Assembly: GCF_004010195.1 (NCBI RefSeq)
Contig: NC_057757.1
Location: 636,964 to 695,975, forward strand
From: Chiloscyllium plagiosum
Lineage: Eukaryota
Direction of reading: 5' to 3'
Length of the DNA: 59,012 nucleotides
Part shown: piece by piece, positions 45,000-58,550 of the stretch
How the letters are laid out: each line of letters begins with the position of its first letter
Numbering within the stretch: the first letter of the stretch is position 1
Made by a program: the position numbers and the translations under genes
The notes under the pieces: generated by a model
The model's database searches: none
The model's input: the letters and a program-made list of their open reading frames with translations, nothing else
Told to the model about the DNA's origin: nothing

Positions 45000-45317
45000 T
45001 CATAGAATCCCGACAGAGTGGAAGCAGGCCATTCAGCCCATTGAGTCCACACTAACCCTCAAGAGTGCCCCACCCAGACCAAGATCCCGACTTGATCTGT
45101 GTAACACTGCTTTGCCCATGGCTAACCTACCTAGACTATGGGCAATTTAGCATGGCCAAACCATCTAACCGCACATCTTTGGACTGTGGAAGGAAGACCA
45201 CGCAGACATGGGGAGAAATGTGCAAACTCCTCACAGACAGTTGCCAGAAGGTGGAATTGAACCTGGGTCCCAAGCACTGTGAGGCAACAGTGCTAACCAC
45301 TGAGCCACTGTATTGCC
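45000..45317 (-). mobile_element. V-SINE/HE1-type SINE
   Basis: Reverse complement of the other SINE copies. Confidence 0.85.
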
Positions 45318-45370
45318 CTAATGGTTACACTTGTTAGCCTGACCATCAAATACCACAAAACAAGACTCAC

Positions 45371-45519
45371 GCCTCTTTAAGGTCCTCTGGCACTGGGATG
45401 GTGTGTTTGTAGAACATGGTCTTGGTGGCAGTCTTGTTCGGATTGACGGGGCGAAGCCGCTCCATGGTGACAATTTCGTTATACGTGGCATCACAAGCAG
45501 CGTATTCTATCACATAAAA
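45371..45519 (-). CDS. FXR2: FXR2 exon 5 equivalent: [50 protein letters not shown]
   Basis: Boundaries tttcag|TTT...GC|gtgagt, 149 nt. Translated by hand because it is absent from the ORF track. Confidence 0.95.
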
Positions 45520-45829
45520 CTGAAACAATAAAAGTAGCAATCTGTACCCAAACTCACGTATAACAATCGGACAGGATCAGTCTCCAATAACCCACACTAA
45601 TTTAGTTTTACTTCAGCAGATAAGGAGATGTTGGTGCGACAGAGTTGGGAGGTACATTCTTGTAATGTCTTAAGTTTGTAAATAAAACACTGATTGGTCA
45701 ACCACTGCCAAGATATGGACCAGAACACACTTTTGTTCAGTTGAAATCAGCAGCGTGCATACGTATTCTTTTGGTCTGCCAACAGGCCCCTGTACTAGCT
45801 TTCCATACACTGCCATGTACTGGCGACAG

Positions 45830-48800
45830 TACAAGGATGGATGTATGGCTGAGGAGCTGGCTCAGGGGGCATGGACTCTCATTCTTGGATCATCGGGATC
45901 TCTTTGGGGTTGAAGTGACCTGTACAAGGTTGTACCTGAATTGGAAGGGGACTAACATCGTGATGGGGAAATGTAACTCATTGGGGATGGAAGACCCAAA
46001 CAGACTAAGAGAAACAAAGCCCAAGGTTGGTACACTATTTGATTTCCTCCTTTTCTCAAATCAAGGCAGAGAATGGGGTAAGACTGAATTAAACTGCATT
46101 TATTTCAATACCAGAGGGCCTGATAAGGCAGATGAACTCCGGGAACACGGGACTGGGATATCATAGCTAATCCAGAAACGTGACTCCGGGAAGGGCAGGA
46201 CTGGCACCTTAATGTTCAGGGTATAGCTACTATAGGAAGGATAGAAAGAGAGGGCAAGGAAGGAGGGGGAAGTGATGTTTTTGATTCAGGATAACATTAC
46301 TGTACTTGGGGAGATTAACTTCACTGGATATTTCCCAGGAATGTGTTGGCTGGAAGGAGAAATGAGAAAGCCATGATGCCCTTGTTGGGATTTACTATAG
46401 GCCCCTCAACAGTCAGTGGGAAATTGAGAAACAAGTTTGTCAGGACTTGCAAGAATAGTAGGGTGGGAATGGTAGGTGATTTTAACTTCTCAAACAGACT
46501 GGGACTGTCTGTTATGGGCTTGGATAGGGAAGAATTTGTTAAGTGCGTATAAGAACATTTTCCAATTCAGTATGCGGACGTACCTCCTAGAGGAGCAGAA
46601 AAACTTGACCTACTCTTGGGAAATAAGGCAGGGCAAGTGACAGATGTCAGTGGGGAAGTACTTTGGGGCCAGTGATCATAATTCTATCAGTTTTAAAGTA
46701 GTTATGGAAATGATAGACTTGATCAAAAAGTTTAAAGTTTAGCTCAACAAGGCCAATTTTGACAGTATTAGGCAAGAACTTTCAAAAGTTGATTGGGAGA
46801 GGCTATTCACTGATAAGGGGACTGTTGGAAAGTGAGAGGCCTTCAAAATAGGATTTCAGAGACAGTATGTTCTTGTTAATGAGAAGGGCAAGGCTGGACG
46901 ACTAGAGAAATTGAGGCTCTGGTAAAGAAAAAGGAGGAATGTTAGGCATAGAAAGCTGGGATCCAGTGAATCCTGAGGGGAGCATAAAGGCAGTAGGAGT
47001 GTTCTTAAGAGGGAATTCAGGGGGACCAAAAAAGGAGACAACCTTGCATTCTCCTTAACCGTATTTGTCAAAGCTAAGAGATTCTACAAAATAGACTAAG
47101 GACAAAAGAGTAATTAGGGAAAGAAGAGAGTCAAAGACCAACACAGTACAGGAACGGGCCTTTTAGACCTCCAAGCCTGCGCCAATACATTTTGCCCTTC
47201 CATACGAAAACTATTTTAAAAACTGTCTTCACTTACAGGATCCGGTTCCCTCTATTCCCTTCCTATTCATGTCCTTGTCCAGGTGCTTCTTAAATGCTGC
47301 TATTCTGTCTGCTTCCAGCACCTCTGGCAGTGCATACCAGACACTCCCCATCCTGTGTGGGGAAAACCTGCCTCGCACTAAACATACCCCCACCCCTTGA
47401 ACCTGTGCCCCCTAGTAACTGACCCCTCCACCCTGGGAAAAAGCCTCGTACTTCCCACTCTATCCATACAATTCACAATCTTTTAAACTTCTAATCAGGT
47501 CACCCTCGACCTCCTGCATTTCAGTGAAAACAAACCCATTCTATCCAACCTTTCTTCATCGCTAAAATCCCTGATACCAGGCAACATCCTGGTAAACATT
47601 TTCTGGACCCTCTCCAAAATATCTTTCCCCTTCTGGTAGCGTGGTGCCCAGAACTGTTTGCAATATTCCACTTGTGGCCTAGATAAAGTTCTGTAAAGCT
47701 GCAGCATCACTGGTCGATCCCTATACTCAACGCCCTTTCCAATGAAGGGGAGCATGCCACAGATCTTGTACAACCTAATCTACCTGCACTGCTACCTTCA
47801 GTGATCTGTGGACCTGCACACCCAGATCCCCCTGCATAGCAATACTCCTAAAGGTTCTGCTATTCACTGTATACATTTCCACTTGTATTTGACCTTCCAA
47901 AATACATCAGCTCACATTTGTCTAGATTAAATTCCATCTGCCATTTTTCTGCCTACGCCTCCAACTGATCTATATCCTGCTATATCCTCCAACAGTCCTC
48001 CTCACTATCCAGAGCTCCAATTTTCGTATATTCTCCCCTCCCCCCAATCATTTATGATGACCACAAATAGAGGTGCCAGCATAGATCCCTGTGGAACACC
48101 GGGAGTCACAACCCTCCATCCTGAAAAGCATCTTTCCACCGTTACACATGTCTCTACAAGTAAGCCAGTTCTATATTGACCTTGCCAGCTCAGCCTGATA
48201 CCATGTAACTCCACCTTTCGTACCAGTCTGCCATCAGGGACCTTGTCTAAGGGTTTACTGAAGTCCACGTAGACAATATCATTCGATTTTCCCTCAATCA
48301 TCGTCACCACAAAACAAGTCCCTTAAAGATCAGCAAGGCCAACAGAGAGAGGAACCACATGAGAAGGATGGGATACTAAATGAGTATTTCATGTCAGTAT
48401 GGTGAAGGAGGATATGGAAACGAGCGAACTTGGGGAAATAGCAATTCCTTAAAAAGTGCCTCTATTACAGAAGAGGTGGACATCTTGAAATACATAAAGG
48501 TGGATAAATCCTAGGAACTTGATCAGGTGCTTCCCAGAGCTTTGTGGGAAATTAGGGAAGAGATTGCCAGGCTCCTTGCTGAGATATTTGTAGCAATGAT
48601 AGCCACAGGCAAGGTGCCAGAAAACTGGAAGTTTGAGTGTGTGATGTCATTGTTTAAGAAGGGTGATAATAAAATAGTTCCCTGACTTTAGATAGGCAAA
48701 CCTGATAAATGTCTAGATTAGAGTGGTGCTGGAAAAGCACAGCAGGTCAGGCAGCATCGGAGGAGCCTGACATAAGTGATGGGTAAGTCAGAGTTTAACT

Positions 48801-49615
48801 TAAATATAGGTGAGGTATTGCATTTTCGAAAGGCAAATCAGGGCAGGATTACACACTTAAATGACAGGGCCCTGGGGGGTACTGCTGAACACAGACCTAG
48901 GGGTGCAGGTGCATAATTCCTTGCAAGTGGAGTCTAGGAGTTTTCCATCCCGTCAGGCAACATCTGAGGAGAGTTGACGTTGTGCATAAGCTCTTCATCA
49001 AGAATGCTTTGTTCAAGCCGTCAACTGTTGCTCCTCAGCTGCTGCGCTTTTCCAGTGCCACACTTTTTGATTGATATCCAGTCCTCACTTTCTCCTATAG
49101 GAGTTGGGATGTCATGTTGCGGCTGGACAGGAAATTGGTTAGGTCACTCTTGGAATACCGTGTTCAATTCTGGTCTCCTACTAGAGGAAAGATGTTGTGA
49201 AATTTGTAAGTCTTTTTCAAGCCCTTTCAATGTTACTGCCAGGGTTGGAGGGTTTCAGCTTTAAGGAGAGGCTGAGGGGGGTGACCATATAGAGGTTTAT
49301 AAGATCATGAGGTGTATGCATAGGGTAAGTAATCAAAATCTTTTTACCCCCAGGGCAGGCAAGCCCAAAACTAAAGGATAAGGTTTAAGATGAGGGGGAA
49401 AGATTTAAAAGAGAGCTGAGGGCGGTGCATGAGAAAAAGGAGTTGCCAGCGGACACAATTACAACATGCAAAGGGCACCTGGGAGGGTACACAAACAGGA
49501 AGGGTTTACAGAGATATGGGCAAATGCTGGCAAATGGGACTAGATCAGATTAGCATATCAACAGCATGGATGTGTTGGACCAAAGGGTCTGTTTCCATCC
49601 TGTAAAACAGACTCT
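45830..49615 (+). mobile_element. Long degenerate CR1 (ORF1 end, endonuclease, RT remnants, 3'UTR) split by nested insertions
   Basis: WLRSWLRGHGLSFLDH, LNCIYFN and VGDFNF motifs. The sequence resumes after 48315. Confidence 0.8.
47140..48310 (-). mobile_element. CR1 nested in opposite orientation
   Basis: ORFs 48005-48310 (YVDFSK..DKVP, GVPQGS) and 47495-47773. Confidence 0.88.
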
Positions 49616-51383
49616 AGGATAAGTGTATCATTCTGAAACAGAAACTAAATTGGTTATCTGCATAATTTTTAGCACACAAGAATATTTAGTAAAATCAAGG
49701 AATTGCACTTAAATGTTAGACATGGAATGTTTTGTAAATGCAGTCTGGTACAATTCTCAGGGCAATGTCTTGATCAGAGTCAACGTGCCCATTTCAGTAA
49801 AAGATTTGGCAGTTAATGGTCAGTCATCATTAGCTAGTGTATTTGCCACAGCAATTAATCAAACCTAGCAGCAATTTTCTCTAATAAATGTTTCCCCTTT
49901 AGTTTCTTGCAAATTACCTAGGGCTTTTTCAGCACCACAAGCTATATATTAACAAATTAAGCATCCTCAAGCACTTGGCTATTTCAAAGGTTGCCATAGA
50001 ATACACAGAACTATTGATCAAACTGGTTTCTGGAGTTTACTGTTCATATGAATCTCTTTTCCAACATACTTCAACTAATCAAAGCTTCAAAACCCACTTC
50101 ATTCTCCCTCATGTGGTCAGCTTCCTTCCACTGAAATGCATCTTATTTATAATGAACAGCAGCATAGAATAGGCAGGTCAGGTCATTCCCTTCAAATGTC
50201 GGTCAAATAATCCCACGGCACGATTACCAAAGGGGAAACCGTGCTGGGGCTTCACAATCCAGTGTTTGAGAAGTCAGCTTTCTGGGAGATGAGGACTGGC
50301 TCTGGAATGGACTGGCCTGTATGGTGCATGTTCTTCAGTATTTTTTATAGCATTCAACGAACAGGTTTGCAGCTCAAAGGCTAATCGAAGCACATCCTGC
50401 TTCACTGTACAATATCAAGAAGCACCTACAGTACCAGCTGTGTACATCTACCAGATGCTTTGTAGCTACTCCCCACGGTTCCTCTGACAGCACCTTCTAA
50501 ACCCATGACCTCGACCACCTTAGAGGGTGAGGGCAACAGGTATTTGGAAACACCACCAGCTGGAAAAGGTCCCCAGCAAACCAGACACCATCTTGACTTG
50601 GGAACTCACTCACTGTTTCTTCACAGCCACGGAGTCAAAATCCTGGCACACTCTCTAACAGCACTGAGTGCGTTCCTGCACCTGTTCAGGAAGATTGCTT
50701 CCTACCACTTTTTCTTGTGCAATTAAGGATGGGCAATAATACTGGCCAAATGAAGCTCACACCCAAAGACCAAGCATTTTATAAGCAAAACGACTTCTAT
50801 CAGAAACATTCATCAAACTAAGTAATCAGATTGAAAATGTGCCATCACGTACAAACAATAGACAAACACAGCAGCTAACAGGGAATAGCAAAAGAGATAA
50901 AGAGTAATGAAAAATTAACATTAAGCTACAAATAAATGCACCATTCTCACAGTACAAGCACAAAGTACCATCATCTAAATACCTCATTGCAGATCAAACG
51001 TGGAGGGAACAAGGCTACTTTTCCACCCTACATTGAACAAATTGAATTTAGGTGAACCCAAGTTGTTTCCACTGCTCTGAATTTGAAGGTAGCGAATAAC
51101 AATTGGAGAGTTCAATGTGCTGAGAGCAGCAACATTTAAAGGGAACCATGAGAATTACAAGAGACAATCTAGGAGAGAAGTGGCCAAAATATTTAGGAAG
51201 GCGGAAAGAATGGAAACAGAGGAGAACATTTTATGGCATCAACGGCATTGGCTCTGGGTTCTAAACAAGAGCTGAAGCCTCCATTATGATGGGCAGGAGG
51301 CGGAAGCTTACTTGGAAAAGTCAATAGCCACAGGCATCTCTACCACAGTCTGCAACGTGCACCAGAATGAAACAAACTGAATA

Positions 51384-51546
51384 CAGAGGAACCTCGATTA
51401 CCCGAAGGACATGGGCAGGCAGTATTTCACTCGGTTAATCGAATTCTAGATAGACGAATGTTGTTAACAGTTTAGCAGAGCATCAGGATCTTGCCGGATA
51501 ATTTGATATCCAGACAGTTAAATGCTGGATAATGGAGGTTTCTCTG
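51384..51546. mobile_element. MITE of Tc1/mariner (pogo/Tigger-like) type, 163 bp
   Basis: Imperfect TIRs CAGAGGAACCTCGATTACCC and GGATAATGGAGGTTTCTCTG, with TA on both sides. Confidence 0.8.
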
Positions 51547-51914
51547 TAAATGTATACAAGGGTCTCACAGCTATTTCTACTCTAGGTAATCCCCTGGAAT
51601 CTAGTATTCATATATGCTACTTTGGTTATGTTTTGAAAAAAAAAGAGCCATGTGACCAGCTCAAATGAGAAGAGAAACAGCTGCAGAAGCCCAGGTCTGG
51701 GAGCACTTATGGAGAGAAAGCAGACTCTGGGTTCAGTGACCCTTCTTCAGAATCCATCAAGTCACCATTTCTTTCTTGCTCTCTTCCCCAGATGCTGCCA
51801 GGCCTGCTAGGTTTCTCCAGTTGTTTCAGATTGCCAACAGCCGCAGTTATTTGCCTTTTGCTGCATAATAGCTGTTTGGATTTGGAAGCTGTTTTGAAAA
51901 GCTCCTCCTTCATT

Positions 51915-52520
51915 CCCAGTATTGAGTACAGGTATTGGGAGCTCATATTGGCTGTACAGGTCATTGGTTCTGTCACTTTTGGAATATTGCATCAATTCCG
52001 GTCTCCTTCCTATCGGAAAGATGTTGTGAAATGTGAAAGGGTTCAGAAAAGGTTTACAAGGATGTTGCCAGGGTTGGAGGGTTTGAGCTACAGGGAGAGG
52101 TTGAACAGGCTGGGGCTGTTTTCCCTGGAGTGTCAGAGTCTGAGGCGTGACCTTATAGAGGTTTATAAAATCATGAAGGTTGTGGATCGGGTAAATAGAC
52201 AAGGTTTGGGGGGGGGGGGGCGGTGTCCAAAACTAGAGCACATAAGTTTATGGTGAGACAGGAAAGATTTGAAAGGGATCCAAGGGGCAACTTTTTCACG
52301 CAGAGGGTGGTAAGTGTATGGAATGAGCTACCAGAGGAAGTGGAGGAGGCTGCTACATTCACAACATTTAAAAGCAACATCTGGATAGGCACATATATAG
52401 GAAAGGATTAGAGGGATATGGGCCAAGTATTGGCAAATGGGACTAGATTAGGTTCGGATATCTGGTCAGCTTGGACGAGTTGGACCGAAGGGTCTGTTCC
52501 TGTGCTGTACATCACTGAGT
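51915..52520 (+). mobile_element. CR1 3' end
   Basis: ERVQKRFTRMLPGL...FFTQRVVSVWNELP. Confidence 0.9.
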
Positions 52521-52569
52521 CTCGTTTGGCTCCCAAAGGATCACAAAAACAGCTGCAATGAATACTCAC

Positions 52570-52641
52570 ATCTCCTTTCATCATCCGCACACTTGCCAAC
52601 CACCATCCACAGGGTTCGTGTTCATTCGCTCTGGAGTATAC
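52570..52641 (-). CDS. FXR2: FXR2 exon 4 equivalent: [24 protein letters not shown]
   Basis: Boundaries tttcag|GTA...GAT|gtgagt, 72 nt. Ends in KGD as in FXR2, where FXR1 and FMR1 have KGE. Confidence 0.95.
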
Positions 52642-52689
52642 CTGAAATATTATGAGAGTGTTGTTCAGTTTAGTTTCAATGGGCATCCA

Positions 52690-52935
52690 TTGGCACCTCC
52701 CCTACCTTGGGGATACCAAACACAGACTGGGTGATTGCTTTGCTGAACACCTCAACCCAGCCTGTCAGAATAATCCTAAGCTACTGGTTGCTTGCTATTT
52801 CCATTCAGCACCTCCCTGCCATCTTCATACACTGGCCCTTGGCATACTGCAGTGTTTCCTGTCTGGCCCAATGCAAGTTGGAGAACCACCACCTTATCTT
52901 CCTTCTGGCCACAACATTTAACAAGGTCAATAACT
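52690..52935 (+). mobile_element. Penelope-like GIY-YIG remnant
   Basis: YLGDTKHRLGDCFAEHL in ORF 52652-52921. Confidence 0.6.
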
Positions 52936-53444
52936 TCAAACAAATTAGTTCCACCCCCTGGAGGGAAATGCAGCTAGGCTACCCAGAGGTGAAGTCAGGG
53001 AGCACTACTTTAAATAAAAAGGAAAGTAAAAGTCTCCAACTTTCCCCAGCAAAATGATGAGTCAGCTGAAAAACTGAGGCAGGTGGATAAATTCATGAAA
53101 TGGACACAGCACTGTTGAAGCTCAGAAGGTCTGGCAGCATTTGTGGAGGGAGAAACAATTATCCTGGAGCCCAATATGGTTCCTCTTTGGAACTTTGCAA
53201 CATTCACAGTTCTTTGATTTTATTCAATAGATTTTTGTTGAGCAAGGGTATGAGGCTTACGAAGTCTAAGCAGTAGGCAAGAGTTCAAACATCTAACTGA
53301 ATGTTAAGTAGCACTGAAATTTCAAGCTCCATTACAAGAACAAGAGCAAGTTGTGCTGCTTCGATTTTTGGGGCAGGAGGGAGGAAAATGTGTCAGAAAA
53401 AACAAAGATAACAACCTCTGAACATTAGCATGCACCAGTCTTAC

Positions 53445-53538
53445 CTCAACTTCATCACCTTCACTGATCTCTTTGTTGAAATCTGCAGGAGGTGGTAGAC
53501 GCACATCACTGAATGGAAGTTGTCGCTCAGGCTGCCAG
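53445..53538 (-). CDS. FXR2: FXR2 exon 3 equivalent (Agenet/Tudor region): [31 protein letters not shown]
   Basis: Boundaries cag|C...GAG|gtaag. 94 nt, the size of FMR1-family exon 3, and the peptide is a clear FMR1/FXR match. Confidence 0.93.
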
Positions 53539-56500
53539 CTGTGAACAGAGAACAAGCGACAAGCTCATGGTGACTAGATCAGTAATTTGGAACATGGTCC
53601 AGAAGCAGAGAACGCCGCTTGCTTGCCTCCCATACAGATAGAGAATAGAGAATGCAGGTGTACCCATCTCCTACTGCTCCAGTCAAGGACTATGTCAACC
53701 ACTGTGGGACCTTGAAACTGGAGTACCATTTACAATGAAACCGCTTTCAAAAACATGTCAGAAAGCACGAGTCTACTGCAGATGTGGGACTATGGTCACA
53801 TACAAGCTAAAGGAATGGGAATTTCTGCAGGGGAAGTCTTTATATAACAGTCTATTTAAAGGTCTGAACTTTCAGCTTCTATAACAACTCAGCTGAGAAT
53901 ACAGAGCATAACCACAGGCAGCACCAGGGAAAGAGACTTGGGATTTTGGTATGTGCTCAGTTAGCCGAAACAAAACGTCACCATGTAAACCAACTCAACG
54001 ACACTGGATTGCTCATTGGCAAGGGAATGATTCACCAGTCAGAGGCCTGATAAAATGGTCAATTTTATTCTCACTTACACCATTTGTGATCAGCCTCCAA
54101 GCAGACAGAAACCACTAACCTATCACCTTCTGGCTACCAGCTTTCAATCCACCAGTGACGATGACCATTCATCCCAATGTTCAATCTCAAAGATGCTGCA
54201 AAAGTGATTTCATAAATCAAAAGCTTTGCAAGCTTTCCAGGTAGGTATCTAGCAGGATACACTCAGCTGTTAATCTGAAGACTTCAAAACTATTCAACCG
54301 GATGAGAACACAATGCAGATTTCTTTCCCACAATCTGAGCTCCCTATGAAGCCTTATCTATCAAAATCAGAAGAGAGATGGAGGGGAGGGGAGGATTGGG
54401 TAGGTGGGATAGCAGTATAGATAAATCCATCAGGATGGGTCACTTTCTCAGTAGTGAATCTGTGACTCAGCTTGGAAAGGACAGACTACAATCTGTGAGG
54501 ACGAGGTTAAGCTCCTCAATGTCCTCTTTCTCACATCACATTGTTGTTGGCGGTACCATTTAATAAATCCCCCTACTCCTTCACGGGTTTGACCAAGCTC
54601 ATCACTTCAATACCTTAGACCTTGGCTCTGTCCCTTCCCTTGTAGGTCCAATGGCTCCTCAGAGTTTCCCAGATGTTATCACTCAGCTCAGGCGACATGA
54701 TTAAGGCAATAACTGCAACAGGAGACACTTTCCTGGAATCTCCAAGTCCAGTGTAAATCCAAGATCTGCTGCTCTCCTTTGTGGGACATTCTATCACATT
54801 GCACAAAATCAGAGCTTTCTGTGAAACATCTGTCATCCAAACTGTCTGCAGAAATCACCTCCAGAATACCAAAGGTGTTTCGCAATTATTTGAACCAAGT
54901 TGAACCACACCCACTGGACAAAATACTACAGCAGCATGTTTATTTCATGGGTGGTGGGGGACGCAAAAAAAAATGAACAGGAGACAATGACAAAGCCTAG
55001 TGAACACAACCAAATGGACACTAACCAGGACTCCTACTCCTGTTCCCACAACCAGACAAGTTTGGGACTCGTGGGTAATGCCCTCAAAGACCTGACCATT
55101 GGAATGGAGTGAACAGTCCAGTGGGGAGAAATATCATTTGTTAGAGCATACAGCCCTCAGATGGGCAATTCATGCCTTTGGCTGCAATACAGGCTGCTCA
55201 TGACCATCCCATCCTTACCCAGAGCAGGACGACTATGCTGGATATGTTAGCAACATGGAATAAGAGTAAGCTCCACAGGCTGGTTGGCCATCCAATGACA
55301 TCATGGCTGATCTATGACCTCGCTCCTTTGTGACCCACATCCCTTAATACCTTTGCTGAAATGTATCGCAGATTTAAAACGAACAAATGTTGGTTTATTA
55401 CCAGCTGGTTACTGATCATTGCATAAAAGCCTTTTGATCCATCTGACTGTTTGCAATTCTTCAATTAGTCCCACTCCTTCCCAAGGGCTCTAATTTTCTC
55501 TTCCTCTTTAGTCACCACTCCTAGTATCACACGCCCCTTGATTCACTTCTTTAAGATTAATTATCAAACAAATATTGAACAATTCAAATTCCATCTCTCC
55601 TTCTGGTTCAATTATCAAATATTTTCAAATCAGTGGCCTACTGGTTACCACCTTCCCACCACTGGAAGAGCTTTTCCCTCAGGCAAGGCGTCTTATTAAA
55701 AAAAAACTTTTTTCACAAGTTGACAAAAGCTCAGCAGTTGCTGCAGTCTGATCAACTATCAGCCTCCAGCAGTAGCCACCTAGTACGTTAAGACTAAGAG
55801 CACTCCATCAGCAGCCCTGATATCAGAGGATTCACACTGGCATGTTTTCCAAAGAGAACACACCATATAGAACTAGGTAAGGCCAACTTTTGTGGGTGTC
55901 ACATGAGGCACTGATCCTAACCCAGGGGTGTGGGGTGCTGGTGGCAGAATCCAACTACCTGGAGAGAACAAATACTAATGCGAATCCAGCATTTCAGGAA
56001 CATTTGACACCATAAGCTCCTCTTTAGAAATGTCAGTGACCTCTCCCTTCCCCCTCAAAATCTGCATCAGTTGGCCTTCACTACCCAACCACCTTCTGCC
56101 TTATACCAAAGTTCTTTCACCGAAAGTTTCCTCAGATTGTCCTGTCGAGAGTTTGGACTGTTTTGGGTGATACTACATACACACAAGGATGAGACAAGAG
56201 TCTTCACTAGTGGCAGAACAATTTCAAACCTTGAAAAGGTTAAGACTGAAAGGAAAGATCATATTTAGTAGGGAACATGGTAGAACCTAACAGTGACGTA
56301 TCACGGCAAGAATGGAACATCCTCCAGGACCCACAGCAAGATCAAGAGAAAATGGGATAAACTCAGTTCACAAACAATCCCCTCAACTCCAGGGACCAGG
56401 ATTGGAGGCCAACTTTACTAGCATCTAACCAGACAGGACAAGGAAATCTTACAAGCTAGTTCTCAGCTGCTAAAAAGAACTAACCAACTCATGAAATGGT

Positions 56501-57059
56501 TTGCATTTTAGCACCGTTATTTCTGTCTGCATGTATCACAAAAATATAATTTCAGGAAAGCAGGCTGCGCGGCAAGCCAAGCAGAACCTCGGACATTGCT
56601 AATCAAGTCGCATCTACATTACAGAAGCCAACAGCACACAGCAATATTCCCCATTCTCCATCTCACAGAATGGAGACTGCCCCAACAGTAGCCTCCACGC
56701 ATATCAACTAAACAGTGGTTTCTAAACAAAAACTGCAAAATGACAGTGTCTGAATAGGTTCAATGGTATTTTCAACATTGTATAATTCCAGTTTTGAAGC
56801 TGAGCAATGTACAAAAAGCCATAAACTATTCAGTCCAAATAGCCCAAAACAATCAAACTTGTGCTACCTCTATGTACAAAACAAAGTTACATTATACAGG
56901 TTTAAGATACTGGGTAAGCCACAGTTGCAGTGTTCAGTTCCGACACCTCACCTTTGGGAAGGTATGTGAAGGCACTGAGTACAAAAATACACCCATGAGA
57001 ATGGTCCCACAGATAAGGGACTTCAGTTACATTAATAAATTGGAAAGGCTGGAACTGGA

Positions 57060-58550
57060 AAGTCAATGCCGAGTTGTACAGGACACTGGTCAGGCCACTT
57101 TTGCAGTACTGCATGTAGCACTGGTCATCCAGTTACAGGAATGATATTATTAAACTGGAGAGGGTTCAGAAGAGATTTAGAACACAGACATAACATTACA
57201 GCGCAGTACAGGCCCTTCGGCCCTCGATGTTGCACCGACCTGTGGAACCAATCTGAAGCCCATCTAACCTACACTATTCCATTCTCTTCCATATGCCTAC
57301 CCAATAACCATTTAAATGCCCTTACAGTTGGCAACCCTATTACTGTTGAAGGCAGTGCATTCCACACCCCTACGACTGAGTAAAGAAACTATCTCTGACA
57401 TCTGACCTATATCTACCACCCCTCAATTTAAAACTACGTCCCCTCGTGCTAGCCATCACGGAGGAAAAAGACTCTGTCCACCCTACTTAACCCTCTGATT
57501 ATCTTATGTCTCAATTAAGTCACCTCTCAACCACTTTCTCTCTAACAAAAACAGCCTCAAGTCCCTCAGCCTATCCTCATAAGACCTTCCCTCCATACCA
57601 GACAACATCCTGGTAAATCTCCTCTGAACTCTTTCCAAAACATCCACATCCTTCCTATAATGCAGTGACCAGAACTGTATGCAATACTCCAAATGTGGCC
57701 ACACCAGAGTTTTGTACAGCTGCAACATGACCTCATGGCTCCGAAACTCAATCCCTCCACCAATAAACACTAACACCATATGCCTTAACAACCTTATCAA
57801 CCTGGGTGGTAACTTTCAAGGATCTATGTACCTGGACACAGATCTCGCTGCTCATCTACACTACAAGAACCTTACCATTAGCCCAGTACTCTGCATTTCT
57901 GTTACTCCTTTTCCACATTAACCTCCATTTGCCACCTTTCAGCCCAGCTCTCTTGTAGCCTACAACACCCTTCGTCACAACCCTACCGACCTTAGTGTCA
58001 TCTGCAAATTTACTAACCCATCCTTCTATGCCCTCATCCAGGTCATTTATTAAAATGACAAAAAACGGTCAACCCAAACCAGATCCTTGCGATTCCCCAC
58101 TAGTAGAGTCAGAGAGATGCACAGCATGGTAACTGAACTCCAGGATGAGTATTTCCATTCAACCACTACCCTTCGTCTTTTTTCAGCTCACCAATTTCTG
58201 ATCCAAAACTGCTAAATCATCCTCAATCCCATGCCTCCATATTTTGTGCAACAGCCCACTGTGGGGAACCTTATCAAATACCTTACTGAAATCCACATAT
58301 ACCACATCAACTGCTTTACCCTCATCCACCTGTTTGGTCACCATCTCAATTTACCAGGATATTGTTGAGTATAGAAGGTTTGAGTTATAAATAAAGGTTG
58401 GTTAGATGGACTTTTTTCACTGCAGTGTAGGAGGTTGATGGCAACCTGGTAGAAGTTTAAAATAATGAGATATAGATAGTAAACAGTAGTTGTCTTTTCC
58501 CCAGGATGGGGGATTTCAAGAATGGGGACACATTTTTAAGGAGAGAATGG
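57060..58550. mobile_element. CR1 (+) fragment split by a nested CR1 (-) at about 57180-58350
   Basis: ORF 57504-57800 reads LYKTLVWPHLEYCIQFWS. The + strand AGAAGAGATTTA...TTTACCAGGATATTG continues across the insert. Confidence 0.8.
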
